Part shown: in pieces, positions 25,080-39,005 of the stretch
Layout: every line of letters starts with the position of its first letter
Position numbering within the stretch: position 1 is the stretch's first letter
Assembly (NCBI GenBank): GCA_003971905.1
Contig: RSEE01000006.1
Location: 434,001-498,000, forward strand
DNA from: Moniliella sp. 'wahieum'
Lineage: Eukaryota
Reading direction: 5' to 3'
DNA length: 64,000 nucleotides
Translations under genes and position numbers: made by a program
Notes under the pieces: generated by a model
What the model was told of the DNA's origin: nothing
The model's database searches: none
Seen by the model: the letters and a program-made list of their open reading frames with translations, nothing else

Positions 25080-28000
25080 TTATTTGCGGAAGAATTTGCT
25101 GAAACCTTTTCCCGCCAGACTCGACTTTTTAGTAGAGTTGTCACTGAGCGTCACACCGTCCGGGGTCGGGGCTACAGGGCTGGGCTTGGAAGTCATCGAC
25201 GACTGGCCCATCCCACCTGGAGTGGCAAACTGCCAAAAGTTGCCGACGACAAAGGGGTATGGCCGATGGGGGTTTTCCCGGCAAATGAGAAGTACCGTGG
25301 AAGGAGGAAGAGGTGGATCGGTGGGGGGGCACGAGGCTGTCGCCTAGGATGAGCGGGCCGAGAACGGGCATGGTCCATCGAGTGGTGCCCACGCGGTTGT
25401 CCCGTGGAAACGCGTGCCGGAGGGGTTGGGACCCATCCTAGGCTGCGGCGTCGACCGAGCTCCATGAGCGCGGCTAGGTTCGAAGGTCCGCCAAACATCT
25501 CTGCCAAGAAGGATGCGTCCAGTTGGGGAGGCGTTGGCTTGTTCTTCTCTTTCAGCTCTGCAATGGGCTGAAGCCCCATGGTTGCACGAAGCGGCTTCAT
25601 CGCAGACTCGTGCGACCGACGCATCACTTCTGCTGGGGCAGACGCCGTCGAATAAACACTCAACTGGTCATCCGATAGACCCGATCGCATACTTGACATA
25701 CTGGTCCGAGGCGTCGTGCCCGGAGTAAGTTGGTTGCGCTCTCGCCATGACAGGCTGCTCACTGACAGGCAAAGGCTTGGCAGGTAGCAACGCTTTCCTG
25801 GTTTTTCTCCCGTTCCCGACCCCGTTCGTCGCAGAGAAGGGTACGGGATCGCCGAAGAAGAAGAGGTGGGATGGTCGTGGATTTGAGCAGCTTCGCGGGC
25901 ACGAGAAGCGTTGGAACCCTTGCGGTTGCCTCGCTTTCGTCGTCGGGGCTTGGCCGAACTGGCAACGGAACCTCTTTCATCGTCCGAAGAGTCGAGAACT
26001 TCCTCCTGGGATCCAACATGGCAGTTAAGCTGGTATTGTCCGTCGGCGCGAGGTGCGACGTGGCGGCAGTCATGCCTGTTGCTCCGTACCGCACCAAGAG
26101 ACCAGGAACCTGTTCTCGGTGGGGAGGATCAGCCGAAACCGGCTCTAGGTTCGACCGTGAGATGAGTTGAGGAGGAAGGCGTGGCCCTCCTCGGCGACAG
26201 CGTCGGGAGGTACTGGGGTCAGGGAGAGAGGCTGGACCGAAAGGCGTTCAATCGCATGAGGTAAGGCAGCCGAAAGGGAGGGGGTACGGTAGTACGCATG
26301 CGCCGAGGTGGTACGCGATAGCGGCAGTGATTCCATGCTGGCACCACGAGATAGGGCAGGACGCTGGTGGGGCCCTGCAACACCAAGGTGCTGGCACAAG
26401 TTTGCGGACCAACTCCCAAGCTCAGCGGCGGAGACTCGGTTGCCAGTCGAGACTTTGCAGAATACACGTGTCGCCAAGAATGAGGCCACCGTAGTGTCAA
26501 CCCGTCAAAGGCCGACAAGAGGAAGGCAACGGGGTCGCGTTCAAAAGCAGCAAAGGAGGGGCAGCGGTCTGCTGAGGGCTCCTGAAAGGGGTTGCGGTGG
26601 AACAACATATTGAGCAGAACCACGCCTAGGGCCCATACATCTGCAACCTTGGCGTCGTACGTTGTAGATGCTTCATGACAACACTCTAAAGAAAAGTTAG
26701 CCTTGTTCTTCTGGACAGAGGTGCAAAAACGTACCATACGACATGTAGGGCTTGCTGCCACATACAAAGTCCTCGCAGTGCTCCTGCTGGGAAGCCAGAC
26801 CAAAGTCGGTAAGCTTGACAATCACCTGCGCAGAATTATCGATGTTGGGAGATAGATGGCGATGGTCCTCCACAATGAAGTTCTCCGGTGTCAGATCCCG
26901 ATGCGCAACGCCATGGTCGTGACAGAACTGAACTGCCATACACATTGTTGGAACATGCAGCTGATAATGTGCAGGCGGGGCCATGACAAGATGGAAAAGC
27001 CTGATGTAGTGGCCAAAAGAAGGGGATCGCAGGAGGCGGTGCCCCCTAATGCTGAAACCTTCCCCTCAGCGATGGATGACCCATCTTCATGTTCGTGCCA
27101 CGTCTTCGTGGACCTGCTCCAGCCAATAGAACAGATCTTGGCCGGGGCAGTGCTCCACAGAGAGAAACAGCCAATCCTGGGTCTCGTACGAACAGTAAAG
27201 AGTGATGATGTGGTCGTGAAAGGGATCGACTGGTGGATAGCAGATTCGAGACGTTGAATCGATATCGTCGGATGTCAGGTCACGCTTGCACAGCATTTGA
27301 GTGCAAACTGACGCGACGGTCCATCGCATGGACCCTGGCCCGAAGCGGACTGTACCTCCTTGACCAAGTAGACAGAAGTGTAGCTCCCTCCCCCAACTTG
27401 GCACCACCTCCAGCGGGCCATCAATACCGCTACCGGGCTGTTTGGCCCCTGGAGTCGGGGCAACAAGGTGGATTTGCGAGCCGTCATGGTGCATACCTGG
27501 AGCCAGGCGATCACCCGGAGCGAAAATGTCGACGGCATTCTGCCAGCCCAGTCCAGCAGCAATGCTGGCGTGGCGCGAGGCTAGGTAGTCATCGGTTATG
27601 CAGGGCCTGGCACTGAGAAACGAACGAATCCGAGAGCGGAGGGGGGAGTGGGGGGGGCAGGGGAAGGGGTGGGGAGGGTTGCGGTTGCGGTTGCTCGGGG
27701 AATGAAGACAGTGGTGGCTAGTTTGTGGGGCGGGGCTCCGGCAGTGAACAGTGCCCTCTGCCGCGGAGGAGTGCAATCGATCATACTGTGCTGCGGAGGG
27801 GTGCAGGAGCCAGTACTGGTAGGCGAAGGCTCCAGGGGGGAAGAGCAAAATGCATCTCCTCCATCGGCAGAGCCTTGAAGCTCGTTGCGGAGGCGAGGCG
27901 ATGGAGGGCGGACAAAAAAACTCAGTATTAGGGAGGGGGATCAGGTGATCGCGCTGGCTGTAGCCAGCCATGGGGGCGGGGCGGGGACTCATGGACGCGG

Positions 28001-28306
28001 CGAATTCCAAGGGCGGATGCTTCCGCGGAGGCCTTGGCCTTGGCCTCTTCCCGCTGGAGCAGAGACTTTGCGTAGGGCGACAAGTCGGCGTCGTCCTGCA
28101 TGAAGCGTGGGAACGGGAGAGGTGTTGAGCTGGCGGTCGAAACGGCGTGTGCCAGGCACAGACACTGGAGCGATTGGAAATGCCCTGGTCGCGTGCTAGG
28201 CCTCCGAGCCCGGCGCGCCCGCGCTGGGCCCAGTAGCCTTGTGCGGTGGCGTCTTCGGGAGCAGATGGCTGCGGACAAAGTCGGTCTGCTCGGTGGGGAG
28301 TGGCAT
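25080..28306 (-). CDS. Ser/Thr protein kinase, Ran1/Pat1-Ksp1/Sks1 type
   Basis: GGGSYTSVYLV, FALKC, HDHIITLY, EHCPGQDLFYWLEQ, AVQFCHDHGVAHRDLTPENFIV, VKLTDFGLA, CGSKPYMSY/EC across a short intron near 26690-26734, DVWALGVVLLNMLFHRNPF. Both termini are approximate. Confidence 0.85.
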
Positions 28307-29298
28307 GGCGGCGGCGGCAGTGGCTGCTGCAGCAGCAGCAGCAGGTAGAGGAAGGGAAAGGAGGCCGCCGAGCCGCACGAGTCGGCCGGGGAGGGGGAGG
28401 CAGTGGTGGTGGTGGAGAACGGAAAGACGAGGGCGGCCGCAACAAGCAAGCCAAGAAAGCCAAGCAAGCCCAGCAAGCCCAGCAGCAAGCCCAGCAGCAC
28501 GCAAGCAAGTACATAGGCGCTGGCTTGCAACTTTCAAGTGTGGCTGTCACATGCATGTCACATGTCAGGCATTGCAGACCCTGCCGCATCGCGCTCCCGC
28601 CGCTGCCCCGCCGCCGCACGGGGCGCTTGCTTCAACATTGAATTCCCCTGTGCCATGTGCATCCCCCGGTGCTCGCAGCCACACCGCCTGCCCCGCCGCT
28701 GCCCATGGCTCCCGCCGTCTGGCGCACAGCCCATGTCGCTCGCGTGCGCTGTGTGGCACAGCTGGCACCTGCTCGCACCCCCACGTCCACTTGTTCATCT
28801 GTCAGCCAGCAGACACAGGGGCGAGGGTACAGGCGGGTACCCCGGTCCTCTCGCCCTACAGCCAGCCTATATAAGTCTCACTTCAAGAGCTTCAAGCTGC
28901 AAGCCCATCGCTCTGCCACTGCTGCTGCTCCGCCCTGTCCCGGCTGTGCCTTGTCTACGCCTCCCACCGCCACCATTCTCACCCTCTGGCTCCACGCAAT
29001 CGCACCATTGTTATAGCGCAGCTTACGTAGGCTTAAGCACCTCCTTTCGAGAGCAGAAACGCTCTTGACCATGCAATTCGATCATCTCGATCATCCAGAA
29101 CTTGGCACACAGCCACTAGGCACTGGGGAGTCAGTGCGTTCCATGCACAATCCCCGTCAACGCGTTCGTCCCTCGCCGTCTTTCCCATTCTCATCCATCA
29201 GCAGTATCCAGGCCTGGCGGTTCAAGTGAGCGCTCACTGGTCGAACAGGAATACGGGGAGGATCGTTTGGCAAATGGGCATCGAAACTCAAAAGATGC

Positions 29299-30141
29299 CT
29301 AGAAACCCTTGGCCCAGTTACCAGCCCTACAGAGAGGCCCAAGTCAGTGTCTAAGCTCATAAGGACTGAGAAGAGCAAACATACTGGAAGAACTGCTTGA
29401 GCTGTGCAACGATCGCCTCTAGCCCCTGAAGCCAAGCAGAGAGTTGCTCCAGGACCTTTTCCTGGGGAGATCCGAGCTTAGCATAAAAGTCGGCCCGGTA
29501 GGGGCAAGCCTTCATGGCCAGGCCAAAGACAGGACGAACGACAAATGAGTGGTACTGCCGCAGGGTTGCCTCGTAGGCCTTGGTAAAGCTCACGCTCAGC
29601 TCCTCCCCGGCATTGTCCAGCGACCGACGGAGGGCGGCCGCGGTAAACTCAAGCCCACTTGTGGCCCCCATCGAGGTCAGCACAACAGTGGCACAACTAG
29701 GGTAACAGTACGTACCGAAGCAACCATAGCAGACCTTGGGATGCAGGACGCTTACTACCCGACTCACCGGCCTTTCCCTCGTTCTGCAAAAGCGACTCCA
29801 ACGTCGCAGACTGGTCAGGGGCAGCAAGAAGACGTGTACGAATTTTCTGCACAGCGGCGGTCCAGTCAGCGCATGGTAACCGAAGCAAAGAGTAGGCGAA
29901 GGAGACATACGGTGATATTCCCATTCATGTCGCTTTGAACCATGGAAAAGGCCGAGGAGCCCAGAAGGTCGAAAAGGGAGACCAGACCCTCGGACGCTTC
30001 CAGAAAGGCGGACGTGTCGACGCCAGGAGTTGTGGGAACCTCCGAAAAGACTGGAGTGGTGCAGGTTCCCGTCAGACCTAGCATTTGCTTATTCCGGAAT
30101 ACACACACCTTCTTAAGGCCGTCAAAGTAGGTGACAGACAT
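29299..30141 (-). CDS. Glycolipid transfer protein (GLTP / HET-C2 homologue), multi-exon
   Basis: MSVTYFDGLKK, FLEASEGLVSLFDLLGSSAFSMVQSDMNGNIT, GLLWLLRGL, AYEATLRQYHSFVVRPVFGLAMKACPYRADFYAKLG. The last exon encodes GNWAKGF*. Confidence 0.92.
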
Positions 30142-32693
30142 GGTGGGCCGAGCGGGAGCTAGAAGGTGGTGGAGGTGAGGTGTACATGTCAAGACATCAT
30201 GGACATTGCAGCAACCAGGCAGCACCACCGAATTACATAAGCAATTCCACGTTGCCACACTACGTATTGATGGGTTCACCTGGTTTACCCCGCCGTATTA
30301 ATTGGGTTCTGATCTCAGAGGCCCTTAGCCTGAGGCCTCAAATGAGGCCTTTTTCAACTATTGATGCTATGCCGAGCCTGATCATTAATCATTCGCAAAG
30401 CGTAGACCGAACGTTTCGTTCATCACACCGCAGGCTCGCCCATTCGGTGTTTGAATAAACAGGTTAAAGGAATGGTGTGGGTGCGCGGCTGTACGTCGAC
30501 AAAACACACCAAAAACGGAACAGTGATCGTGCGCGCGTGATCTCGCTACTAATGCCGAAGAGAAAAATCATCATCATGTGCCGGTCACCCACAGGTCAAC
30601 GTCCGCACAGCAAACGAGACTTGATAATTGCCAACGTATTTTGGATGGCCTTCGTGTATCCGAACAACAGGAACAAGATGCGAAACCCGTGGAGACTTTA
30701 AGCTCTTAAGCTTGAAGCTTGAAGAGCTTGAAGCTTGAGTTAGATCTTAGATCTCATATGTGACACGTGAATGTGACCTGTGACGCGGGGAAGATCGATT
30801 GCCTATATTAGACTACTTGCGCCAGAAGCGTCACCGGCTAGTGTATATACCACACTTTGTCCGCGCTGTGTCCACGCACCCCCTTCTCCTCTTCTCATTG
30901 ATCTCATCCCTTTCCGATTGTGCCAAGTCTTCCTATACCACCGCCCCGCTGCTCGCTCTGCTCAGCATTCGTTCCCCCGGATTGCAACCTTGTAACAATA
31001 TGCTTCCTCTTTTCATACACGAAGAAGTCGGACAGTCCCATCTTCTGCACGGAACCGTCGTGTGTGAAGAGCGCATATAAGACGCGTCCACCGCCATCAC
31101 AAGTCACTATCCCTCGTGTATGCGTACTGTGAGAAAGGTAGAAGAAGAGCCAAAATGCTCCAACGAGAGCATCTTCGTGTATCGAATCCCTTCCATGCTA
31201 CTAGTTCAAAGAGCCGCCGCTTCTGCTGCATATCAGATGCACTAGCCACGCCGAAAGCGACGGATGAGAAACGGCGGCAAAGGAACAGGGGATTTCGTGA
31301 CAGTGGGTGGTTCCGTTTGCCTATCTTTTCTGATTGGATCTGCTGGACACAGGGGGCAAAATAGGGCTGCGGGCGTCCGAGGGGTGTGTAGGCGCGTGTG
31401 ACGAATTGACACTGCCGGTGCTGGTGGTGACATGGTGACACCAGAGGCAGGAGCAGGTACACCAGTAGTAGTGGAGGGTGTTTTCCCCATCAGTGTCCAG
31501 ACCTAACTCGCAGCGCTCCCAAGGTCAGTTGTGCCTGCCTGCACACTACTTGCGTTGTGGTGGCCCAGGGGTTGTATGAGCGTCACGTGACCACCAGGGG
31601 ATACGAAACAGAGGGTCGAGGCGATGCGATCAATGAGAAAGGTCGTGTGGGCCGTGCATGTTGCACCGGTTCTGGGCCTTGGGCGCTAGCCAGGCTGGTC
31701 TTTTAGCTTCAGTTCAGTCTCTCAGTTACTAGTTACTAGTTAGGCTAGTCCTAGCCGGGAGCCGGGGGCCGGGGGAAGCGGTCAGGCGGTCACGGTCAGG
31801 CATGATGATGATGCGTCCTTCGCGGTATATCGAATGGCTGGGTGCCCTGAGCGTTCCAGTGAACCGCATCGGCCTGGCCGGTGAATTCGTCGCCGCCCAT
31901 GAACGTGAACGTTCAGTGGAACCCTGGCACAGCGGCAGCCACGCAGCGGGCAAAGGAAGAAATCGGGTGCGCAGGCGGCCTGTGCGGGTGCCTCGGGCAG
32001 ACAGCTGCACAGGCCCCGAGGCGCTGTGAGCGTGGAGGCGCTGAGGCGCTGAGGCTGAGTGCGCCCTGACGCGTGATGGTGGAATACAGCACAGGGGCAG
32101 TTGGGCGGTGGGCTGAAGCATGGGGGTCGGTGATCGATGACGAGGATGAGCACACCGCCAGGGTTGCTTGGCAGCCCAGCACCAGCACGCACCGGCGGGT
32201 GAGGGGCTGGCCACTGTGAGACATGTCTGCGCCGGCACAGGGTGGCTGTCGGAGAACGCACCCGCGGAGAAAGACTGGCGCCGAGGCTCTGGGATTTGTC
32301 ATCGGGGCAATCATTCGCAGGGCAGCTGCGACAATCGTGTCACGTTTTGGTCACGCTCTGCACGGGTGCAGGCGGGGGCAGCAGCGCAGCGCTGGGGGTG
32401 GGAATGCGAAGAAGATGCACGTGCCTATACCAGAGTGCAAGTGCACACACCTGCCGCCGCTGCCCGGCGGCTCTGCAACCCGATCTCTTCCCATGGGGCG
32501 CCGAGCAGCAGCACCGTTCGCTGCCAACATTCGGTTCAGCGACGCCCAACCACCTGCCGCTCCTCTGGCCTGTCCTGCCGTGTTGTGCCTTGCCTTGTCT
32601 TGCCCTGCCTTGCCTTGTTTTGTCGTGCCTTGCTCTGCAAGCTGCTGACCTGGCTTGGCTTGCTGCTCCCTGCACTCCTCCGCCGCTGCCGCC

Positions 32694-35405
32694 ATGTCCA
32701 GCTCGGCCAGCGCCCTGGCCGGCGCCCCCGCGTTGGCATCCGCGCCAGCGCCAGCGCCAACGCCAGCCCCTGCCGCATCATCTGCTCCTCGCCCTCGGGC
32801 CCCTGCACCTCCATCGCTGCCTCTCCCATTACCCCCGTCTGCCCCCAGTGCTGGCTCGGCTGTGCCGCCGCTCCCAATATCCTCGCCGTCCAGCGGCGCT
32901 GCGGCCGCCGCTGCGGCCGCTTCTGCCGCCGCCGCCGCCAGCCTCGGGTCACCCCCTCCCCACGGCGCTGGATCGCCTCCCTTGCTAAGCAGCGTTTCCG
33001 CACCAGGTGTCGAAGGTGGCCCTGGCACTTCCGACACACCGACGGCCAAGCGGCGAAACAAGCCTGGTCGGAAGCGTGTCGATGATGTACCGGCCACCAA
33101 GCGTGCTGCTCAGAACAGGGCATCGCAACGTGCCTACCGTGAACGCCAACAAGCCCACCTCCACCAGCTCGAAACCCAGGTGAAAACGTACGAGGCTCAG
33201 TTTGTTGTGCTGCGCGCGCATGTCGATAGCCTCATTGCTGAGAATGGCCGGCTTAAGCAAGATAACGAGACACTGCGCCGCATCCACAACCATCCTCTTA
33301 CCTCCTCGCCTTCACCGGGCTTGACCCCCACCAACACCTCTGCCCCTACCTCAACCAATGCTGCCGCCCCACTCTCTGGTCCTGGCCCTTCCTCTCCCTC
33401 CTCTGGCTCGACCCATGCGACAGAATCACATCCTTTCTCTCCTTGCCGTGCGTGCAGGGATCAGGGTCAGCTCGAGTTTCCTCCAATGGGACTGGATCGC
33501 TCCCCGTCCACCCCTCGACCGCCCCATCGCCCTCAAGTCCTGCGACGTCGTTCCCTGGAGCGGGCCTGCCTGGGCAATCCGCCGCTACCCCAGTCCAGCC
33601 CGGACCGCCTCAAAATGGAATGGCTCCGGCCGCTGCCGCTGCCGCCGCCGCCGCCGCAGCAGCAGCGGGGATGGAATCTGGCCACCGGACCTCCTCCTTG
33701 CATGCTGCCTCTTGGTTTGGGTGGGTTGGCTTCATTGCCGCTGATGGGCCTGGGATTGCCCCACGGGCCGGGCGGTGCGCCTGGCTTGACCAACCTGCCG
33801 CCTCATTTGGCTTGGATCAAGAAGGAGGACGAAGGAGCTCCTGCGCCAGGGAGAAACGAGGGCACAAACGGTTCGGACGGTTCGGGTCAATCCCGTTGCA
33901 GCCCGTCACCACATACGTCCGTCGCATCCCTTGTGCCGGGCGGAGAGCCCGGGCAAGCATCTGCCCCATCGGTAGGACAAGGCTTTCCGTCGCTTGTGAT
34001 GCCTTCGGATATCGCCTCATCGCATACGCTGGGACCGTTAACGTTGCCTCCCTTACGTCCCTCTCCATGGGCTTGCCGGGGGCAGCAGCGGCGTCCATGT
34101 ATGCGGTTGCGGCAGCGGCCCATGCTGCTGGCCTTCCGCCACCTCCCTGGCTCACCCAGCCTCCGCCCTCGAGCTTCGCCGGCCCGCCTCCGAACCACAA
34201 CGGGCCAGGTGGGCGCAACCTTCCCTCTGGTCTCCGCGAGGGAAACAGGGACGAAGGGACCCGCTCCGACTCGGCAGCACGACCACCGCCTCATGGCCCG
34301 CTGGGTCGTTCCATGACCTTTGCTGGGACGGGCATCTCCAGTCTTTCTGGCTCGCCTGGGGCGGGGCGGGGAGACAATGGGAGATCGTCCCCGGCCTGTG
34401 CGCCCACTGCGGCTCGGGCTGCGTCCATGGGCCCCGGAACAAGTATGACGGATTCCGCCCAGTCGCCCATTGTGGAGGGCCGGAATAGTGCCCCGGTCTT
34501 CCCTCGCCTTCGGCAGGGGCAGGAGCGTCCAATGCGGGCACACCCTCTTCTCCGCCCCAACAACTCTATTCCCAGGCTGACCGCTCGGCTGGGAAGCATG
34601 CGACGGCCAATCTGCCGTCCGGCAGTCGTAGCACCGCTTGTGGATTTTGCGGTGCCCAGGCACCATGGAACGGGGGCAGCTGCACTTGTGAGGGCGACGA
34701 CATTTTCGACTTTGATTCGCTCAATGGTGATGATGCCGACTCGGCCGCCCCAGAGAGCGCGGTCGGTGCACCAGCGGAACCCGACCGAGAGCCCAAGTCG
34801 AACCCGCCCCAGCTGACGGCGATCACCATGCCCACGACCATGGGCGATGCGGTGGGGAACGGGGAGGGCGATGGCGTTCAACCTCCTCTGGAAGCGGAGA
34901 CGGGTCGCCCCAAAGTGGTGACCAAATTGTGGCCCACATTCCCTCCTGCCACGGCTGGTTCATCCCCTCCATCGCACGCACCGGGAGGGTGTGGGCAGGA
35001 TGTGTCCTCCCCTGGCACAACTGCTGCATCACCAAGTTCGATCTCCATCACCCCGAATGCTGGGACGACGGGTAGGGACAAGGCGGAAGAAGAGTTCCCC
35101 GATCCGCCGGAGGAGGTGCCTCAAGCGCCAGTGCGACCCTGCCCACGTGACGCGCACTTATCTCACAAACACTTGCGGTCCGACGATGACGATAACGAGG
35201 CGCCCGAAACACCTTTGCATTCTGCCACCACCTCTGCTCCCTCCTCCTCCGCTGCCTATCCTGCGCCGTCAGGCTCGAATGGCCCAAATCCCACGTTCGA
35301 CACACCCCCTCCTTCCAAACGCGCCTGCATTCATCATTCCACGCCGCGGGTTCTTCCCCTTCCTCGGGCCATGGCTCCTCCGCCGCTGCTACAGCAGCGG
35401 CATGA
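32694..35405 (+). CDS. HapX/Yap-like bZIP transcription factor with a CGFC cysteine-rich motif
   Basis: KPGRKRVDDVPATKRAAQNRASQRAYRERQQAHLHQLETQV followed by a leucine zipper. Downstream CGFCGAQAPWNGGSCTC at 34639-34689. The 3' end is uncertain because of frameshifts. Confidence 0.8.
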
Positions 35406-36501
35406 TTTGGTCCTCCCGGCGTGTCGTTGGAAAGCGTGCGCGCTGCGCTGCCTTTGCTGCTTCCGTCTTCTTTTCCCAGTGGCCCATGTGAACGTGGTAC
35501 CCTTGGATTTTTCGTGCCCTATCTTTTGTCTTAAGCCTCATGCAGCATACTCCCCCCCCCCCCTCTTTGCTCTGGAACAGCCCCAAAGTCCTACCAACTC
35601 TGTGGTCTCTATCGTCCGAGATGCTCACGATCTGAACATCACGCTCACCTTGTTCTCCTTTTGCGTTAACTCCCCCCCCCCCACCCCCAAGATCCTCTTT
35701 TGTCTATGGCTCACTGTGTTGAAATTATCTGGCGCTATCCCCAAAAGACTTTGGATTCCCGCCCCCATCTCATCCGCTTAATCGCCGTCTCCCTTGCGCA
35801 TAGCTTTTCTGCCTTCGCCCCGTCTTCTGGGCTGGTGGCGTTTGACCTTTTCTGTTGGTCGATGCAGTGATGCTGCAGGAATGGTTTAATGGGCGCGGCT
35901 GGCAAACAGACGAAAGGCCGCACCGCGTGACGTGTGGGTGCGTGTGGTGTGGTGTAGATGCGCACTGCGTGCTTCTTGGGAAGCTGGTGGGGGTGCGAGG
36001 GGTGCGAGGGGTGCGATGGGCCAAGCCGGCTGGAGCATTCTGGCAGTGGAGACACGGCTTAGGTAACGTATTGCGCGTGGAGGCGCTGGGCGCTGGTGTG
36101 CGCTCAGGCGTGCTGTATGTTGGGGAAGACTGAGTACTGAGACTGTGGCTCAGCCTGGGCCGGAGCGCTGTGCTAAGGAACTGGCAACCGGGTGTGCTCA
36201 GGTACCGCATACTGACTAGGCGCACTGCATCCATGGCTCAGCTCACCGGTCACCGGTCAGGCTCACCGCTGCACCGCGCAGCCCCAGGCCGGAGCGCCTG
36301 AGCGCCTGAGCTGTGACAATGTGACGTGAGGTCCTGAAGCTTGCAGCGCGCAGCTTAAGCTAAGCCTCAAGGAAGCTGGAGGCCGAATGCTACGACCAGT
36401 ATCGCTCCGCCCAGCTTCGTTGCGCGCCACCACCACCTCCATCGCCTGCTCCTCCACACACAGCCCCTGCCCATCCTCTGCCCCCACGCCTCACCCTCGT
36501 C

Positions 36502-38200
36502 ATGACTGTGCCTTCTTTTGACCCTCTTCATCCCCCCGAAGTTGCCCCCGCCGCCCCCGCCTTCGTTGCCACAACCAGTGCTCCCACCGCCCTTCCCGTC
36601 GATGCTGCTGATTCTGACGTTTCCTGCACGCCCGACTCCCGCGTCCCCACGGTTGATCCCACCACCCAAAAAGCCTTCGCGCTCTCGTCTCGTCCAAGGA
36701 GGCCGGCATCATCATTGGCCGTGGCGGGCAGCACGTTGCTGAGCTGCGCCAAAAAACTGGGGTTAAGGCCGGAGTGAGCAAGGCAGTGCCGCATATGCAC
36801 CGCGTGCTCACCGTCTCGGGTACCCTTGAATCGGTGGCGCAGGCATTCGGCTTCATTGCCCACTCCTTCATTGATAATGCCCAATCAGCCGCCGCCCCCT
36901 CGATCCTCCGGTCCCAGTTCGGCTGTCGCTCAGACGGACCTTGCTCTGCCACCCTTGGGCAGCGTATCGGAAGCTAAGACCCTGCCTCCAGCACATCGTG
37001 CCGATGCAAGCAGCGAGACGCAGACTTTGTCCGTTGATGTGTCTCCCGAAACGGTTCAGCGTCGGACACTCAAGCGTCCCCATCGGCGACTGAGACATTG
37101 CTTCCGCCAAACGGGCGTGACGACGATTCGTCTGCTTGTTTCGCACGCGCTCATGGGCGCCGTGTTGGAAAACAGGGCATCACCATTAAGGCCATTCAGG
37201 ATACATCAGGTACCCGTATGGTAGCTACGAAAGGGATGTTACCAAACTCGACCGAGCGCGTAGTGGATATCACCGGCACCGCCTCGGCCATTGAAAATGC
37301 CATCGCTGATGTGAGCAAGTACATTGCTTCCGACTGGGAGCGCGCACAAGGCACTGTCCTCTACGATCCCACCGCCAGCTGAAACATGGCCGGTGGGCTT
37401 CCTATGGGGCTCTCACCGCTTGCCTACGGTGGACACGGGCTTGGCGCCCACAGCGCGGCAAGAGTCGGAGTAGAGTAGCGGTTACGCATCTGCTGCTGGA
37501 ATGCCTGGCCTTCCGCACTACCATTCCTCCGCCAGGATATGGCGCCATGCCCCACCATGCCCCCCGTCCTTTCGGGGGGCTCGACATGCTGGCATCGGCC
37601 AGCGACCATTCCGTATGCTGCGCATGTGGCATCGATACACATCAGAGTGTCTTTTCACCGACTGGCGTCCCAGCTGGCTCGGCCACATCGGCAGCTGCAG
37701 TAGCGACAGCGGCATCGCAAGGCGCCGCCGTCGCCCCCGGTGGGGGTTTTGTTGCGGGGGAATGACGGGTCAGGGCCCGATGACGGCCCCTGCGTGTGAT
37801 CGATGCATCTAACATGCGTACCCAAAATATTGCCATCCCTGCCGACATGGTTGGTTGCGTCATTGGCAAAGGAGGCTCGAAGATTACTGAGATCCGTCGC
37901 CTCAGCGGCTCCCGCATCTCCATCGCCAAAATAGCTCACGATGCAAGTGAGAGCGCCTGTTCACCATTCAAGGAACGCCTGCGTCCAATGAGAAAGCCCT
38001 CTACTTGCTGTACAACCAACCAATATGCATGTCACCTTTCTTTTTTTGGTTTCATGCTGGTTTGACTGACGACCTTTCCTGATCAGCTCGAAACAGAGAA
38101 GGAGCGGCGGCAAGCCGCCGGTGGGTCTCCGACCAGCCCACGAACACATGAACTCACTGCAGCCAACGCTCACCATGATGATATGATCGCCCTTGGTACA
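36502..38200 (+). CDS. Three-KH-domain RNA-binding protein (hnRNP K/PCBP; Rnc1/Pbp2/Hek2-like)
   Basis: EAGIIIGRGGQHVAELRQKTG, GKQGITIKAIQDTSG..LPNSTERVVDITG, QNIAIPADMVGCVIGKGGSKITEIRRLSGSRISIAK, LYLLYNQ/LETEKERR. The end is approximate. Confidence 0.9.
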
Positions 38201-39005
38201 TCTACGAACCGTATTGCCCGCTACGTTTTTCTCGCTCACTGGACTGGTCCCTATGTCGGAAGGTCAGTTGGAGTGCCATTGCAGGAGACCTACCGTACTT
38301 TCGTTCACGTGCCTCATTCGTTTCCTTTTAGTTTTGCCTGTACCTTGTGGACCCTTTCCCTTCTACTTCGGCTGCTCTCCGGTAGAAGTTCAAGTCCTTT
38401 TGCACTCTCCGTCTGTTGTTGCTTCCATATCGATCCTCGGTCACCGCAGTAGCCTCCCTTTGCTTCTCTTGCGCCAACGTGTCTTCCCCCCTCCTTGAGA
38501 CCTACTGATCCGAACAACGCCGGGAGGGTTACGATGTCCTACTATGTCTCACCTCCCTCTTCTCTGATGATCTGATGATGATGGACCATTCCCCTCCTCG
38601 ACCCCTCCCTCGCCTACCCCGCTGGAAGGGGACTCGAAGGGGACTCGGAACTATGAGTCGCTCGCCTCGTGTGATTGCCCACACTCCAGGGCTATCACAC
38701 CACCGGTCTCATCATAATGATGCGCAAAGGCAGAGCTTCAAGATATGCTTTACCAAAGGGAGTGTACTTGCGTTGTTGCGCGGAACATGGCATTACAGCG
38801 CGCTCTTCAGCGTGCTGTCTATAGGAGAAGAAGCTATCGATTGGCCATTCAATGAACAGGAGTGAGTGTATGAGCAAAGCGAAGAACACAGGGATGGTCG
38901 AAAGACAAGACACCAACTGCACAGGAGGAGGAAAGGAAGAAGCGTGGCCAAATCCCTGCCCCGTGTTTCATCGTATTAATGTCGTTACTTCATACCTTCC
39001 AAACG

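Noticed and set aside
29299..30141. HET-C2 as a heterokaryon-incompatibility locus
   Set aside because: GLTP homologues are broadly conserved housekeeping genes, and no NLR, HET-domain or WD-repeat partner is present in the window.
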